DNA of 63,736 nt, counting the filler, from Atractiella rhizophila (lineage: Eukaryota): NCBI GenBank assembly GCA_021432655.1. It is 3 parts of 3 records of this genome, joined end to end, with 100 filler letters (N's around TTAATTAATTAA, not from the genome) between each part and the next. Parts side by side here need not be neighbours in the genome. Positions count along the whole stretch, not along the records: positions 44,948 to 63,736 come from MU271856.1; 2 more parts are not named here. The stretch is one strand, 5' to 3'. The position numbers and the translations under genes are program-made. The notes below the pieces were generated by a model that was given only the letters and a program-made list of their open reading frames with translations, was not told where the DNA came from and did no database searches. Positions 47,476 to 61,260 of the stretch are shown one piece after another (position 1 is the stretch's first letter; the number at the start of each line of letters is the position of its first letter).

Positions 47476-50260
47476 TTATCGTGTGCATCCACAAGTCCCA
47501 ATGTCTTCCGGATCGATGCCAGTTGCAATCAGCGCTGTTCATAATTTCATAATCATAACTCCTGTGTCGTACTCCTATTCTCTGTTGAGAAACTAGCTAG
47601 GAAATACGGACTACTCACTTGGTTTTGTAACATTTTCTTCCAGTGCTCCGCATTCCAATGGTTCTCTTTTGCCATTTTTTTGGCCTCCACCAGCTGTGCC
47701 ATCATATCCTGCTTGTCGAGCAACGGTCTAAGTTTCTCGACATCCTCCCTCAGTGATGCAACTTCCTCTGGAAGCAGAGCATCCGAGTTCTCTTCGTTCT
47801 TCTTAGACTTTCCTCTCCTCTTCTTGTTTGCACCAATTCCATTCGCCTGTCCTACCTGCCCCAGCTTGAGCGGCGTGGGCCGGATGTCTGATGGTGGTGC
47901 AATATGTCCAGGTAGTGGACCTTCGCTACAGGGGGGAGGTAGGAAGTGAGAGATCTTGCTGCATGGCAACATAGGAGCAATACCGCATTCTTGCGGAGGT
48001 GGAGGAGGAAGATGATTGTCGGTAGGAGGAGGAATAGGAACGTCATGACCCTGTTGCAACGTTAGAATGAAAGCCTCGCCTTGTTCAGGAGGAGGGACAA
48101 CATTGTTGATTCGCAGAGAAGGTGGACGGAGGTAATGAAGAGTAGAACGGAGTGGGCTCTGTGGAAATCGATGTTTTTCGGCTTTGAGGTTTTTCTCCTT
48201 CGACGTGGTGGACACAGGATCTGTATGCTGCTGTGACCTTTGTAACAATGCTTTCGAATACTCGCCTGCCACCATAATGTTCTTGAGATCTTTGGCTGAA
48301 CGCACATCCTAATCCAGCATGACAATCCTGTTGAAAGGAAAAAGCGGGATTTACAGAAATGGCATTGCTACCACCGCCCTCCAGCCAAGCCTCAGCCAGA
48401 CTCTCAGCCAGCCTCCCTACACAGCTAAAGTTGAGAAGCAACGGCGTCACATCCATCGAATCCGGATATGCCTCCTTCCATCGCTTGCACAATCGTTGCG
48501 CAACCTTCGCACCCCTCACTACAGCTTGAAGCAGCTCCCCAATCGCTTCCCGCGAACCCACATTCTTCCACTTCCTCAAGCAGAACAGCGTCTCCTCACC
48601 GAGGCTGTTATGGCCCAGCATATCCCCTCGAGGATTGTTTCGTAAGTCTTCAGAGGTATAATCGTCCTCGTCTGCATCGATTGGGAGGTTGATATCACAT
48701 TCCGCCGACGTTATGGTGATGAGAAGACGTTTTGTTGCGGATTGTGCAAGCGTTTTGCTGTCGATAGCGCGAGAATGGGCGTGGCAGAGAGGTAGGATGC
48801 CGTCTTCAATAAATGCGGCCAGTACTTTGAGGTTGATGAGACAATTATTGTCAGCAACCATTTCCTTGAGCTCGTCTATTGTCCTGTTAGTTTCAAATAG
48901 CGGAGAATGGCATGTCAAACAAAATACAGACCAATTGATCCCTTAAGGGTGTCAGGCACAGAGGTGGAGTTATTCTGCCTCTTGAGCAACTTGTTCTGGC
49001 TCGCCCTGATCCCATGAAGGGGGTCATTTGGGAGGTTCGCCTATATGCTGAGCAATTAGTATCTAGTCATTTAGAAGGCCAGAAATGCACCATTGGTCTA
49101 TCATTCTTCCTCTTCATAGTCCTCTCCACCACTCTCACTGCCGTAACGATGGAACCACAGCCTTCAAGCCCTGATCCTCGTTGGCCCAATATGGTCCAAG
49201 GAGAGAGATGCTCACCATGCTCTGCATTCACACTCTCCACCCTATTTCTCTTCTCTGTCGGCATGACAGATCCGTTGATACTGGCCTTCCTTTTTATTCC
49301 CCTCTTAACAATCTGGCCTCCATCCTCATCACGCTCGCCATCACATTTATAGGCACTCCCGCTCGTATTCCTTAGCACTGCGGTCACGAAGATACGCGAC
49401 ATCCAGTCGTTCTTCCCAAGGCAAAGAACCGAGCTGTAATCTGCCTCGAGTTTGCGCAAGATGTTCGGAAGATGGACGGTTTTGCAGAGGCCCGTCTGGT
49501 TCTTGATCGACTTCGTAGTGTCCAGGTAGGTTTTTGAGTAGAGGGCGGCATCGTTTCAGATGACATCAGCAACCACGCTGGACAACTGAGTCGCTCCAAT
49601 AACGCTGTCATCGACTTCATCGAAGACGAGCTGATGTAGCACCTGGACGGGATCAAGGAGCTTGTTCTGTACACCACTTCTCGTTGAGGCGGCTGCTTGT
49701 GTACGTTCCCAAAAGATCCCAAGGTCTTCGGCATCTTCTTTGCTGATAATTGGACGGTATGGTTTCACTGGCCTTTTGATCCAATCTTCTCCGTAAGATT
49801 CAGAGCCTGTTTCAGGGGCCAGAGCCTTCGCTACGATACCTCCCACACGCTGTTTCGACGTTGAATCCACCGGGGGAAGAACCTTTTTCACCTTTTCAAG
49901 CTCCAACCTCAATCGATCCACCTCTTCATCCTTCTCCATGTAAAACTTCTTCCACTTATCTTTGTCCATCCGCTCTTTCTCCAAAGAACTCTCTAGCTCA
50001 AACACCTTTGATTCCAGTCCCTGCACATAAGGATTTGATGAAAAATCGCGCCGAGTAGCAATTTGGATGTGGATGGGAAAGGATGGGTCCTCTCGCGACA
50101 TTTCCTGTTAGTTGTGGGAGGAGGCTGACGGTTATTGGGGAGAATGAGAGGTATGGATGGCTTTAGGCAAGAGGGCTGGGTTGCAAGAGTTGTCGTCGTC
50201 GAAGATCCCGGACATGTTTGCGTGTTTGAACTTAGCGCAGGCATAGGGTACCTGCATAAG
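47476..50260 (-). pseudogene. Large multi-exon unknown gene (or two genes) with coiled coils, divergent from the CACTA transposase and disrupted
   Basis: ORFs 49556-50101 and 49067-49459 share a frame across a single TGA; ORFs 48085-48918 and 47553-48305 are linked by GT-AG introns; another in-frame TGA at 47539-47541. Confidence 0.55.
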
Positions 50261-50684
50261 AACAAGTAGCCGCATTAGAATTCTCTCTTTGAATATTCCC
50301 AGCTAGAGACTCACCTTATCCATGCTCCTACACCTGCTGTTACAATGATCATAATATTCTTCGTGAATCTGATCATCCTAAGCCATCTTGCTATGAGATC
50401 CAATTCTTCCCGCTCTATCTCAGCGTACCATCAAGTTCCTACTCTAGGCACCACAAATCCTACCAGCACCAGAGCTTTTTCGTCACCATATCCTCCCATC
50501 CGATCCCGTGCCAGAAAGAAGAAAGAAGAGGAGGAAGAGGTGCGCGCTGCAACACGTTGATGCCATCTCGACTTCAGGCATCTCCTTCTCCTTCAAGACA
50601 AGCACACGACACAATCCCCTACCTCCTTGAAGTGTTCCCTACGCCTCTAAGGTCCACATCAAGCTCCAACAACCTAATCGCACG

Positions 50685-53600
50685 ATGCTAGTATCTGATT
50701 TTCAGCCTTATCAGCTAAACGCAACCAACATTCCTCCTTTCGAGAATGATGTCGATCAAGGATGTGCTCTGCAAGAAGAAGGCGATACTGAGATGAGAGA
50801 TGATGGAGATCAGTATAGAGAGCTGAGGGAAGATGATATAGAGACTCTTATGGCGAGTCTTGAGGAAGAGGAGGAGGTATACTACAATCCAAATCCCGAC
50901 AATGCTGCTTGTCCTGCTGGAGCTGGAAAGCTCACATATGCCACACCACTATTGTGAGTAATCTAATAGCAGAAAGGAGACACGCTGATATTTGTACATT
51001 GAATTACAGTGAGGTTCGCGATATCCTCATGCCACTCTTCGATGATGGTTCCGATGACCTTCCAACTCTTCCTCCAACTTATCACGATGAAGTCCTCAAG
51101 CTTACCGACAAACAACGGCTTGCGCTGGACAAATTCCGAGTCTGGCACCGAGGCAATGAGAAGGAAGCAAGTTATGAAGGTCACTATGGGAATTGGACTT
51201 CGCGCGGTCATGACATGCATACCCTTCCAGAGGCGAAGAAGATGCTTGCTGAGCTCAGTAGGCTGGATGGAGAATGGTTGCCAATGTGCAGAGCTTCATG
51301 CAGCGCCTACCTGGGGAAGTATGAGGCGTTAGAGCGGTAATTCTTTCAGATGAATGACATGACATGAAGAGCTTACACAACCTGCAGGTGCCCTCATTCT
51401 CGCAAGATCAATGGACTGGTGGTACCCTGCAATAAACCACGCTATTCCCTTTCCTTTGGGCGCTCTGGGATCCCAGGAAATGCATCCGCTGAAAAAAGAA
51501 AGACCGAAAAGAGCTTTCTCTTCTGCAACCCAATCCATCGAATCAAGGCTATGTTCCGGGCACCGCAAACAGCCAGGATGATGGGAGATTTTGGGAGGAA
51601 GCTGGGAGAGACTCTGGCGAAAGCAGAGTATCTCACCGACAAGCTGAAGAGGGGCTACACATACAACAACTTCCATCACGGTACTGCAGTCCAAGCGCTG
51701 GCTGAGGATGACATTGGCTTCTTGGAGGACGAACGAGAATCTGTCTTCATTGCATCAACAGACGGTGCAGCCATCCATGCTACTCGCGACTCCAATATGT
51801 GGTTTGTCATTCTCTCGTTCCTTGGCTTCGACATGCACATCAGAGCAAAGCGCCATCATACCTTCTTTACACTGGGCGTCCCCGGTCCCAACAATCCAGT
51901 CGACATTCAATCGTTCTTTCTCCCATTCTATAAAGCGATGGCGAAGTTGAGTGGAGGGTTGTGGATGTGGGACGCATCTTCTCGGAAGTGGTTTGTTTGG
52001 AAAGGTTGGCTTATTAACAAGTTGGGTAAGTTATCTTACCTTTCTTTTCAGCACTCTAATGTTGGCACAGGTGACATGCTTGGTTCCGCGAAGGCCAACG
52101 GCTGCACAGGCCATCAAGGGAAGTGCGGTTGTCGTTTTTGCAAGCTTATCGGTCAACTCCTAGGTCAGCATTACTACTATCCATGTATATCACTTCCCCA
52201 AGACAACAGTACTCTCCCCAGCTATCGGCCGGCCGCATATGACCCGCTCAATCTTCCAATTCGCACCACGACCGAGTACACTCAAACAGCAAAGGATCTT
52301 GCACTCGCAATAACGCAAAAAGCACAAGCAGAGATGGCACGAGACAGCGGTGTCATTTCCATCACACCAGCTTCTGGATTCAAGACTTTCCGTGATCCAT
52401 GGACGTTTTTTGCTGGGGATCTTGCTCACCTCCACTGGAAGAATGACGCTGAACTCATTTTCGACTCGACCATAGGGATCAACAAGCAGGGATCTCTTCC
52501 AGAGCCGTGGCACCCGACACTGCAGGTGCGAGAGGAGTTCGGACACATGGTTGAGCGCTCGAAGGTAGATATTCCGTACGACTTCTCTCAAGCAGCTCCA
52601 CGGAACACCCATCGATTCCAAAACAGCCAGTATAAGATGCATGAGTGGTGGGATGTTTTCAATGGGCTCCTGAGTCCCTGCCTATTCCTTCTAGGATTCC
52701 CTTTAGATATCATTCACCTTCTTGATTTGTTTATCTGCAGCTGCCAACTGGCTTGGCAACATGAAATTAGTGAGCAGGAGCGGCTGGAGATTAAGCGACT
52801 TTTTGCATCTTTCGTTACAGGCTGGGAGAAACTATACGTTCATGGTGATTCCACCCACCTTAGTCGTATGCCTATGTCCATCCACCACCTCTTGCATATT
52901 GCCGACTGGATCCTCTGGTGGGGGCCTGGGATCCTCTACTCACAGTTCCCAATGGAGGGAATGATTGGATTCCTCAAGAAACGAATCAATCAGGACAACA
53001 GGTATCAAGAGAACCTGCTTAACCAAGCCCTGCTGTTGGAGCAAATGAACATTGTGGATATTCTCTAACCCTGCCCCGAATACCATCCATGAGAATGCCG
53101 GCTCCTGATACCAGTGTTTCTCTCCCACTCAGTCCTACAACTCTGTCTATTCCCCTCGCTGGACATCGATTCCTCTTACAAAGCTGGCGAAGCTGCAAGG
53201 AACCGAATACAGCATGGAATGGATGCATGAACTCGAACTGATTCGAGCGTACTGCCTTGCTCGTGGGAAGAATATCGATGGATTGGACTTGGAGAAAGTT
53301 TTGGCGAAGTGAGAGCACTGGGGACGTTGTGCCTTGGGTAATGGGGACATTGTTCGCTCTCGGAAGCTAGAACGGTCATGGAAGTTTGAAGCACGAAAGG
53401 CATGCAGGTATGAGGTAAGTGTTAGCTCAATGTGTCTGGCTATCCTTTCTGATTGAGGGGAACAGGGAATCGATGATGCAGGAGATATTTTCTATGGTGA
53501 GGCAGTGGTCTATATACGGGTCCCAGAGACTTTCTTCGACCCCGAAGCAAATCCAGCCAATGACAAACTCTTCATACTTACTCAGCTTTTCAGCAAATGC

Positions 53601-53852
53601 CGTAGCCTTTTCAGGAGCGAAATACTCTGCCAGTGGACCGATGACTTCCGACTTGTACCCCTCGATCACATGAAGCGCTTGATCGGGGTCTTTCAAGCAG
53701 AAGACGGCGAGGGCAGAACCTTTGTCTGGGTTCTTCACCGTCACCACTCCGATGCGCCTATCAGCCCAGTCCCTGAGCCCGAGGCAGAAAATGCTCTTAT
53801 TGAAGGAGATGCCGGCCAGAGTGACGAGATGTATCTCCCAGACCCTGTTTAG
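50685..53852 (+). mobile_element. CACTA/EnSpm (Transposase_21-type) transposase, decayed
   Basis: MCRASCSAY..CP..CNKPRY, STDG, PGPNNP.DIQSF, GDMLGSAK..GHQGKCGCRFC, DLAH, HHLLH, QFPMEG.IG; C-terminal WGRCALGNGDIVRS. Frameshift near 53066 and TGA stops at 53106 and 53310. Confidence 0.88.
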
Positions 53853-56800
53853 CACTACAGTTGCTATTTTGATGCCTTTTTTGCAGATGGCGCTTTTGCC
53901 ACGGTATAGTCTTCTAGAAATTTAAACTTATTACTCCAGTTCGCTATTTCAATTCCTAACTTGGATTTTGCATTGTTGGAAATATATGATATAATCTAAC
54001 AGAGATTCTGGAAGCTAGTTTACATATATTGTGCACACTGGCAGAGCAGTCGAAATTTTGTACCTTCCCTCAGTATAATCAACCCTCCATACGTGATTTT
54101 GTCCTCTACCATTCCCTCCGATGATAAGTGCTTCGAGGTGAGGAAGACAAGCGTGATTAAGTGGCGCCTTGAGCCTATGCGATAAGTGTCCCCTATGTGC
54201 TTGTCAATATTTCAATGGCCCTCACGCGGCTTCACGTTCACGTCGCTCAAGCAAATTGAAAACACAACATCAGACTGCTCTAATACACCAGACCAAGCAC
54301 CAAATACACTAACACCTCCCTACCCCAGCACTAACTCGGCCCTGCAAGCTTCCAGGGGATCACTTGCGATAGGAATGATATGATAGCTGCCGAAGGTCAG
54401 AACACTCTAGCAGGTGGTCAGAGTGAACCAACTCGAGAGTCTCATTCTTCAACCAGGACGATGCAGGCTCTTGTAGCGGCGATGATTGGTGCAGCGATTG
54501 AAGAAACCACCACGACCATCACTCCTTCAACCATGACCAGCCCAAGCAGTAACAACACAGCAAGCCTGTTGGCTAGCACCAACGAAGACAACTTAGCAAC
54601 AAATAATAACACTGATGATGGCACCATGGTTTTGCATGCCACCACTTCTCATTTCATTGGCACTTGTGTAGACAACACAACTTCTAATACGACCAAGGCT
54701 GGAGAGACCGGAATTGCAAGCAGAACCAGGAAGAAGAAAGGGAAGAGAACAGGAGGGGGATCTAGAAGAAGGTGTTAGTAACAAGAAGAAGAAGAAAGGC
54801 CTAAAGAAATCGAAAGCTTAAGACAACGTGAGTGGTGACAAGCAACAATCGGTTCCCAACACAGTGCGCCAATCCACATTTCTGTTACCACTCTAATGGT
54901 TATTGATAGAGGCAAATATCTTTATCCACAATGTCATATCATACTATTTTATCTACAGAAACGAATAAACATTGATATTTAGCCGCATTTTAATTTGACA
55001 TGTCTGAATCATTTTTAGGTGTGAGAAATCAAAATGGATTGAAGCCAATAGTCTACATCTTATTTCAAGACACACCTCAAAACTAATTGAAGCAGAAATC
55101 TCTTCAATGCCTGATTTATAGACTCCAATCCACATTGAACATCATGCAAACCAATGTGAGGAATGGGTGATGGAAGAGGTAGGAGAAGTTACAATCGTGA
55201 TAAATCAATAGAGTTCGGTACTGCTTGGGAGGATGAGTGGTCGACAGGAGCAGAAAAAGAAGGGACATGAGAGGTATCTTGGTAAGAGAAGGACCTATTC
55301 GAGAGTAAGAACATAAACGAATGTTGACAGAAGCGAAATCACATACAATTGTTTCCAGAGAGTATGTACCCCAGAATGCTCCTCTAAGGCAGAACAAGCC
55401 ATTTTATTAAACAGCAAATCCTGACAGGATCCTTAAACCACGTACAGGAGACGTTCGAGATTGTTGTGCTTCCATTCTGCACACCTGTTAACTCGCATCC
55501 ACTCATTAAGTAGAGGTTAACAGGCCATGAGAGTTTGGCTCCGGTTCATTGGGAGACTTGAGGGTGCTGAGGGTTGCAAGGAAGTTTGCAGCAAAGCTGA
55601 GATCGTCGTTGGTTCAGTTGTCGGCTAAGAGTTGATCGACGTTGATTGGTCACATTTGTCCTTCCCGACTTCCCCTTCAAAAAGCTGCCAAAATCGACGA
55701 ACTCAACCTCCATGGCTTCCTCTGATGTCGCTATACTCGTGTCTTCCTATTACTAATCAACCCTCGATCTCGTTTTCACCAAGGTACAAGTTTTCTGGCT
55801 CGAAAAAACGTGCTTTCTGCGCCACCTTGAGCGATTTTGGAACACGGCCTCGACGGAAAATTCGAAGTTATTCGTCATGATTTCAGCATCAGATCTCCTT
55901 TACAACAAATGAACACAGTGGAGGATGATTTATTATGCTCACAGCCAAGTTTGTGTTGTGTTGACTGATAGGAACAGTCTCACGGTGAAGGAATGCAGCA
56001 AGGCATGCGAGGGGGATGGTTCCAGCTGCTCCTTTACTTCGTGAGTGTTTTGGAGTATATGGGCCGTTTTATGGGTAAGGAAATCAGTTTCAGTGAGCTT
56101 CTATTTGCCTTGAAGGAGTAACCGCTCCTAGCGGATCAGGAAGGTGGGAGTCCAAATGTGATGCGTCTTCTTCCATTTTCACCTTGCTTCCAACTCTCAA
56201 AACATGCTAATAACCCTATCTATTACCTTAGGTTCTTTTGGATGCCCATTCCCCACTGTCGACCCACTTCCCCTTGTGTTGCTAAAGACCACTTCTAACT
56301 TGCTTGTTTTATGCAGGCAACTTTCATCCACCTTTGCTCGTTCAAATGGAGGCTTAACTGCCAACACTCTGAAGGTGCCAACAGTCAAGGGGACAATGGA
56401 GTACCGGGTGGGTACTGGAGATTAATCACTTAGCGATTGAAGGTCAGTTGAGTTATCCTTCTATCTTCTCCTTCTGACTGGAGCATATGTTTCACTTTCG
56501 TAGCATCAAGATTCTTGATATTTAGAGGGCTTCGAAGACGCAAAGTACAGCTCGAAGCCATGAGGAAGCAAGCTGTGACGGTGACGCACAAGGATCTGCA
56601 TAGGATGGTGTGTTCGTCCTTTCATTCTTGTTGTCTTCTTCTACTTACTCAGACTTCTAGATCGTTATTAAACCTTGGAAAGGGGCTCGAATAGAAGGAG
56701 CTGCAGGCGGACGAGGTGGTGTGAAAGCGGAAACTGGAAACCACAAAAAGGAGATTGGCCTTGGTGAGTGAGGCTTCGTTTGTGCTTTCCTAATCGTCTT

Positions 56801-56940
56801 CCTTCGATCTTCTCTGCTTTGTTTGTGCCTAGGCGGATTCCTGCGTCCAGAGGAAACTGCAGATTCATTTGACAGTTGATTGCAATGTCATTTCCCCTTT
56901 TTATTCACTTTTTGGCCACTCAACCGAGCAAGACGAAGTA

Positions 56941-57260
56941 CCTTTTGGAAATACTGTCCCCGGTAATCAAATAAGGACACCATTTGAGAATACCCAAAAG
57001 AAACTGGGCTGGATAGTAAATTTTATGGTTATTTACCTGTTGGAGACCAGTCTACAAACAAGTAAATAACCAGTCTGGAACATTGAAAACCGGGATGGGA
57101 TCCCTTCACCACGACTGGTAATTTACCAGTGCCTCCTCTTGAATTACCTGGGTCGACAACCCTTTTTCTCTGGTATTCATGCAACTTCACCAGGGTGGAC
57201 TCTGGTAAAAAACCAGTCCTGGTAATCCTTCAAAAAACCGGTCCGGACTTTCCACAGGGG
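56941..57260. mobile_element. Putative MITE with CCC-type termini
   Basis: CCTTTTGGAAA at 56941 matches the revcomp of the right end (CCCTGTGGAAA) at 9/11; repeated ACCAGT/CTGGTA motifs; palindrome ACTGGTAA-T-TTACCAGT at 57114-57130. Confidence 0.35.
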
Positions 57261-57282
57261 AAATGCAAGTGGAAGACAAACC

Positions 57283-58330
57283 TTCGAAGCAATTGTAAAG
57301 TCCATGATGCATTTCCACACTACCTCTGCCATATTCTCATCAGTATGTGAGTCTTGAAGCTCTGCAAAGTCAGGAACATCCTCAACAAGGTCCCAATCAT
57401 AGTTGATGTAAGTACCAGTGATGTAGAGAAAGGGAAAACTATTTTCAGAGGTCCAGGCATCTGGAGCAAGATTGATCGTTGTCCTGTGCCCACTCAATAA
57501 AAATAGCTCACAAACAACGATGAAATATGCACCATTACCCCTTTCTTAAGATTACGCATGACAGTGGTACCGTTCTTCATCACATGCTCCCTCAATCTCT
57601 GCCTCATCAGCAGTTTCATGGACTTTGCATCCAACACCATTGAGATTTGCTTCTTCATCACTCATACCCCCCTTATCGTTGCATTCCAGGACAACACTTT
57701 AGAGGTGAAACCTTGTGTTCAGGTTTCATGGTCAGGTAGGTATACTGGAGGTAGTTGAGGAGGTCACGGAAGTGTGGATTTCAACAAGTTGAAAAGGCTG
57801 ATCGGTGGTTACGAAATTAATCAGTAAGTTTTCGAACTTTGTCTGGTTGAAACCCTGTAACTGAGAAGTAAGTAAAAGCAGTGCACAATAGAGAGAAGAA
57901 TGACGTACCTGATCCCCGAAGCGAGCCATGCCTTGCAGCTAATCAAGGATGTCAAGCTGTCTCTCAGATCTTTGTCGTTGCCAATTGTTTTCTGTCAATG
58001 CATAAAGATAAGTATTACGATAAATAATGAAAGAATGCAGACCGGAATCTCATTGCCTGCCTTCTTCTTTTCCTGCTCCGATATTGGCACTTTGTCTTCA
58101 TACTTTTCCTTTAACAACTTTAAGAGGGGACCAGTGGCCGTGACGTGGCATGGGTATCCGGTAAGATGATGCTCGAGGTAGGTGAGTTTTCCGTTGCTGC
58201 TTTTGGTGATCCAGTTGTCCACCAACAGTGCTTGCATTTAACATAGGTTGTTCCCGTCTTGTGTCCATTTGTATGTCAGGATGTGCATCTGACTTTGGAA
58301 TGACAGAGTAGATGGGCCAGACAGGGTTTC
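57283..58330 (-). pseudogene. hAT transposase remnant, N-terminal part (BED finger to first catalytic Asp)
   Basis: VKCKHC..HHL, FVTTDQPFQLVE, DAWTSENSFPFLYIT..DWDL..DFAELQDSHTDENMAEVV; frameshifted. Confidence 0.8.
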
Positions 58331-59416
58331 TCCTCTTCGACTCAGTCTAAGGATGCATCAGAGTGATGGATGCTGGGAATCGTATCGAGCTAACTCGATA
58401 ATCGCCATTCTTCAAAGGCCTTCAACCGATATATGATAAGGCATCGGAGCCGGTGGAGCTGCTACGATTGGATTCGATAGCCATCGCTAGCCTTAGCTCC
58501 TCGTTCTTCAGAGCTAGGGTGCCAAAATTCGTATACTGGCTCCTACAACCTATTTTTGGAACTTCAGTAGGTAAAAACCTCGCCATCGATATTCCTTCTG
58601 AGTGTCTATTCCTCTAAGATTCATAAGTTCTTGGCATGAGTCATAAAATGCACTTTTGAGCGTTCCTACCTCCCCCATAGGCACGCTAAAGTGAAACTAA
58701 TTACACCATCTAATTGCATATGCTTGTGCCTTTGTGAATCTGCAAGGAAATTTTGTTCTGCAGAGGTAAAAAAAGTGTTCCATAGTGGACTCGAACCCTT
58801 ACAAAGGTCAGTAGGGTTCAAGGGGCCGTGCCCCTTGTGGGTGGGTTGGGGGTCTGAGGGATGAAGGCCGAGACACACTTGTGTAGACTAGTTACAGTGA
58901 GGTAATAGTTCCTTCATGATTTGCGTTGACATTAAAGGGATGATATAGACTTTATCGATTTGCTGTTCGAGCCTCATGCTTGTCATTGATAGGGATGGCT
59001 ATTGTACCGTCCCGTCATCTCAGCAGCACTCGGGATAGGGGCATGTCCCTCTCTCAGCTTGTATTGTACCATGACAAATTTTCCTTGTCAGATATGTAGG
59101 ATTTGGCAGAAAAAGGAAGAATATGATGGATTACAGTTGCCTAGCCATTTCATCACAGCTTTAGGTGCAACACTTTCATTTCTTCTGAGCCTTCTGCTCT
59201 GCAAATGTCATCCTTCAAGAATGAACTCAAAAAGGCAGACGTCTTAGACAGTGATGGGACGGTGACTGTCACATCTCCAAATGCTTCCAAGGAAGACAGT
59301 AAGTTCATGTCACCTATCCTCCAAAATTATTCTAACTTACAATGGTGGCTTTTAAGAGAGTTCAGCCTGTTCTTTATTTTATTTGGAAGATAGAGGAAGT
59401 GGGGATGAGAAGGGGG

Positions 59417-59455
59417 GTCGAGCTCCGAAGTCGAGCTCCGAAGTCGAGCTCCGAA
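59417..59455. repeat. Perfect 13-bp tandem repeat x3
   Basis: (GTCGAGCTCCGAA)3. Confidence 0.95.
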
Positions 59456-60599
59456 CGAGGATAAAGATGAGCTTAATGAGGATGCTACGAAGGTTTGAGT
59501 GATTTGTTCTCCCTATTTATTTCGATCCTCCCGTGTTTAATCGCAGAATTCACAGCTGATGTGCCTTGCCACTGCCGAATGTATGTTTATGCAGCATGAA
59601 TTGCAAAGAATCCCTCTCATCAGGTCAAAGCAAGGGAATCAAGGAACCAAGGTATCTGGAGACTAATGTCAAGATAAGTTAAGCATCGGATGATGATCTG
59701 GCTCAGTTCTGGAAGCCCTATGCCAGTTTCATGCAGAAACAGGCTTCCCTTTGTTCAAGAACCGTATCCACGAACTTTCGCGCGACTCCCGGAAATCTCG
59801 CAAATACATGATGGTGGCTGTCGATTCAATGGAGCGTGCACGAAAGGACACCTGACGGACCTTCCGATTCAACCAAACTGTCCATACCGGTTTCCAGCTC
59901 TTCTCCTCCCTCCTCTGTAGTCCCAAGCCTCCGGAGCATTTCATTCCAAGAGAGAATAGCGTCTTCCCCTTGCAGACTCTCATCAGTTTCATCTTGCCAT
60001 CCAGAGCTGGGTTCAACATCCAAGCATCCACTGTTGAATTCAACAGCTTCTTCCATATCTCCCATCTTCTCAACCAAAACATCTTTTCATTCGAAGAGAA
60101 GGTTCCGAAGCCCTCGGAGACCTCCTGTTTGATTATCGGCTGAGAGAACAGAGGTTGCACAGAAAGAGGAGAGAGGAGACGGTGCTTTTTGATAAAAGGA
60201 CAAGCCGAAGTGGCGTTGTCACTGTCGGAGCTGATGTTGATAACTTCCCTGTCGCCTCGTGCAGTAGTGGTACTTTTGCATTTGGAAAGGTGGTCCGGCA
60301 AAGATGGGAGGAAGTGGGTTTGAACAAAGGTGCTCATGTAGCAATGTCCGAATATCTTGAATCCAGGAGGTGAGCCACCCTGCGGGTTTGTAGTACTTAA
60401 GTTTGTGATAAGGGTGGAGTACTAGAAGTTCACAACAGCTCAGTAATAATAACCAAGAGAAACGAACCCATTGCCAACTTATATATGCTTGTCTCCTGAC
60501 AAGCTTTTGAATAATATTTATTAAGAACCGCAATCGTGACAAGCACCCAACCGAATAAACAGATTCACATTTCGGTTAAACTTGATGTTGCGAAGGTTA

Positions 60600-61260
60600 T
60601 GGTCAAACTTATCGAGATAAGGGCTACGTCAATAAGGAGCACCCGTTTCTTGGTAGATAGCTTGACCGTGGCTCGATAGAAAGACTACAGACCAGGCTCA
60701 GATCTTGCACAGATTAAATCGAAGCAATTGATAAAGCTTGAAAACATCCCACAATTCACCTAGGACTTTCCATTCGGGCTCCATTGCTTCATACTTCTTA
60801 AGTTTGAATGAGCTCTGTTCTGTAAGACCATCGAAAGCTTGTCGGAGCAGGAGGGCTCGTTCGAGGCAGAGGAAGAGATTGTTCCACCAGATGACAACAT
60901 CTCGGATTGGAAGACGTGCATCTGTAAGGTTCTTGTAAATCGCTCCACAAGATGCCGAAATTCCGTGTTCATCGAGCTGCCATTAACAATCTTGTGAGAC
61001 AGTTCCCAAATCTGCAATGTCTTAAGCAAAGAATACATGATCAAGCTGTACGGAGCTTTTGAACACATCCACAAATAGTTTGGTACTCGTACTGAACTTG
61101 ATGTTCAGTTTCTTATAATCAGCTCTTAATGAATCCTCCTGTTCCAGTTCCTTCAACGCTTCATTTGATATCTCTTCAATAATCTCATCATCCATAGCTT
61201 CCTGTGCTGCATCATGGCTTGCCACTATCTTATCGATTATGGCAGCCTCTTCCTTGCTGA
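60600..61260 (-). pseudogene. hAT transposase remnant, core region
   Basis: Reading through the stops of ORF 61022-61225 gives LPIRDVVIWWNNLFLCLERALLLRQAF..EWKVLGELWDVFK (hAT DVxTRWNS..ML.RAL.LR..EW..L). Confidence 0.72.

Noticed and set aside
47539..53312. In-frame TGA as selenocysteine, readthrough or editing sites
   Set aside because: They occur in TE-linked genes alongside frameshifts, and no SECIS is evident. CpG decay is the simpler explanation.
53852..53859. CACTACAG as a CACTA TIR
   Set aside because: Wrong orientation for the right end of this transposase, and no inverted partner was found.
54380..56870. Thr-rich ORF 54380-54778 and fragmentary exon-like pieces at 55700-56870
   Set aside because: Low complexity or stop-ridden; identity not assignable.
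59600..60340. Overlapping ORFs 59729-60337 and 59826-60077
   Set aside because: Probably a frameshifted TE-associated relic, but there is no diagnostic motif.
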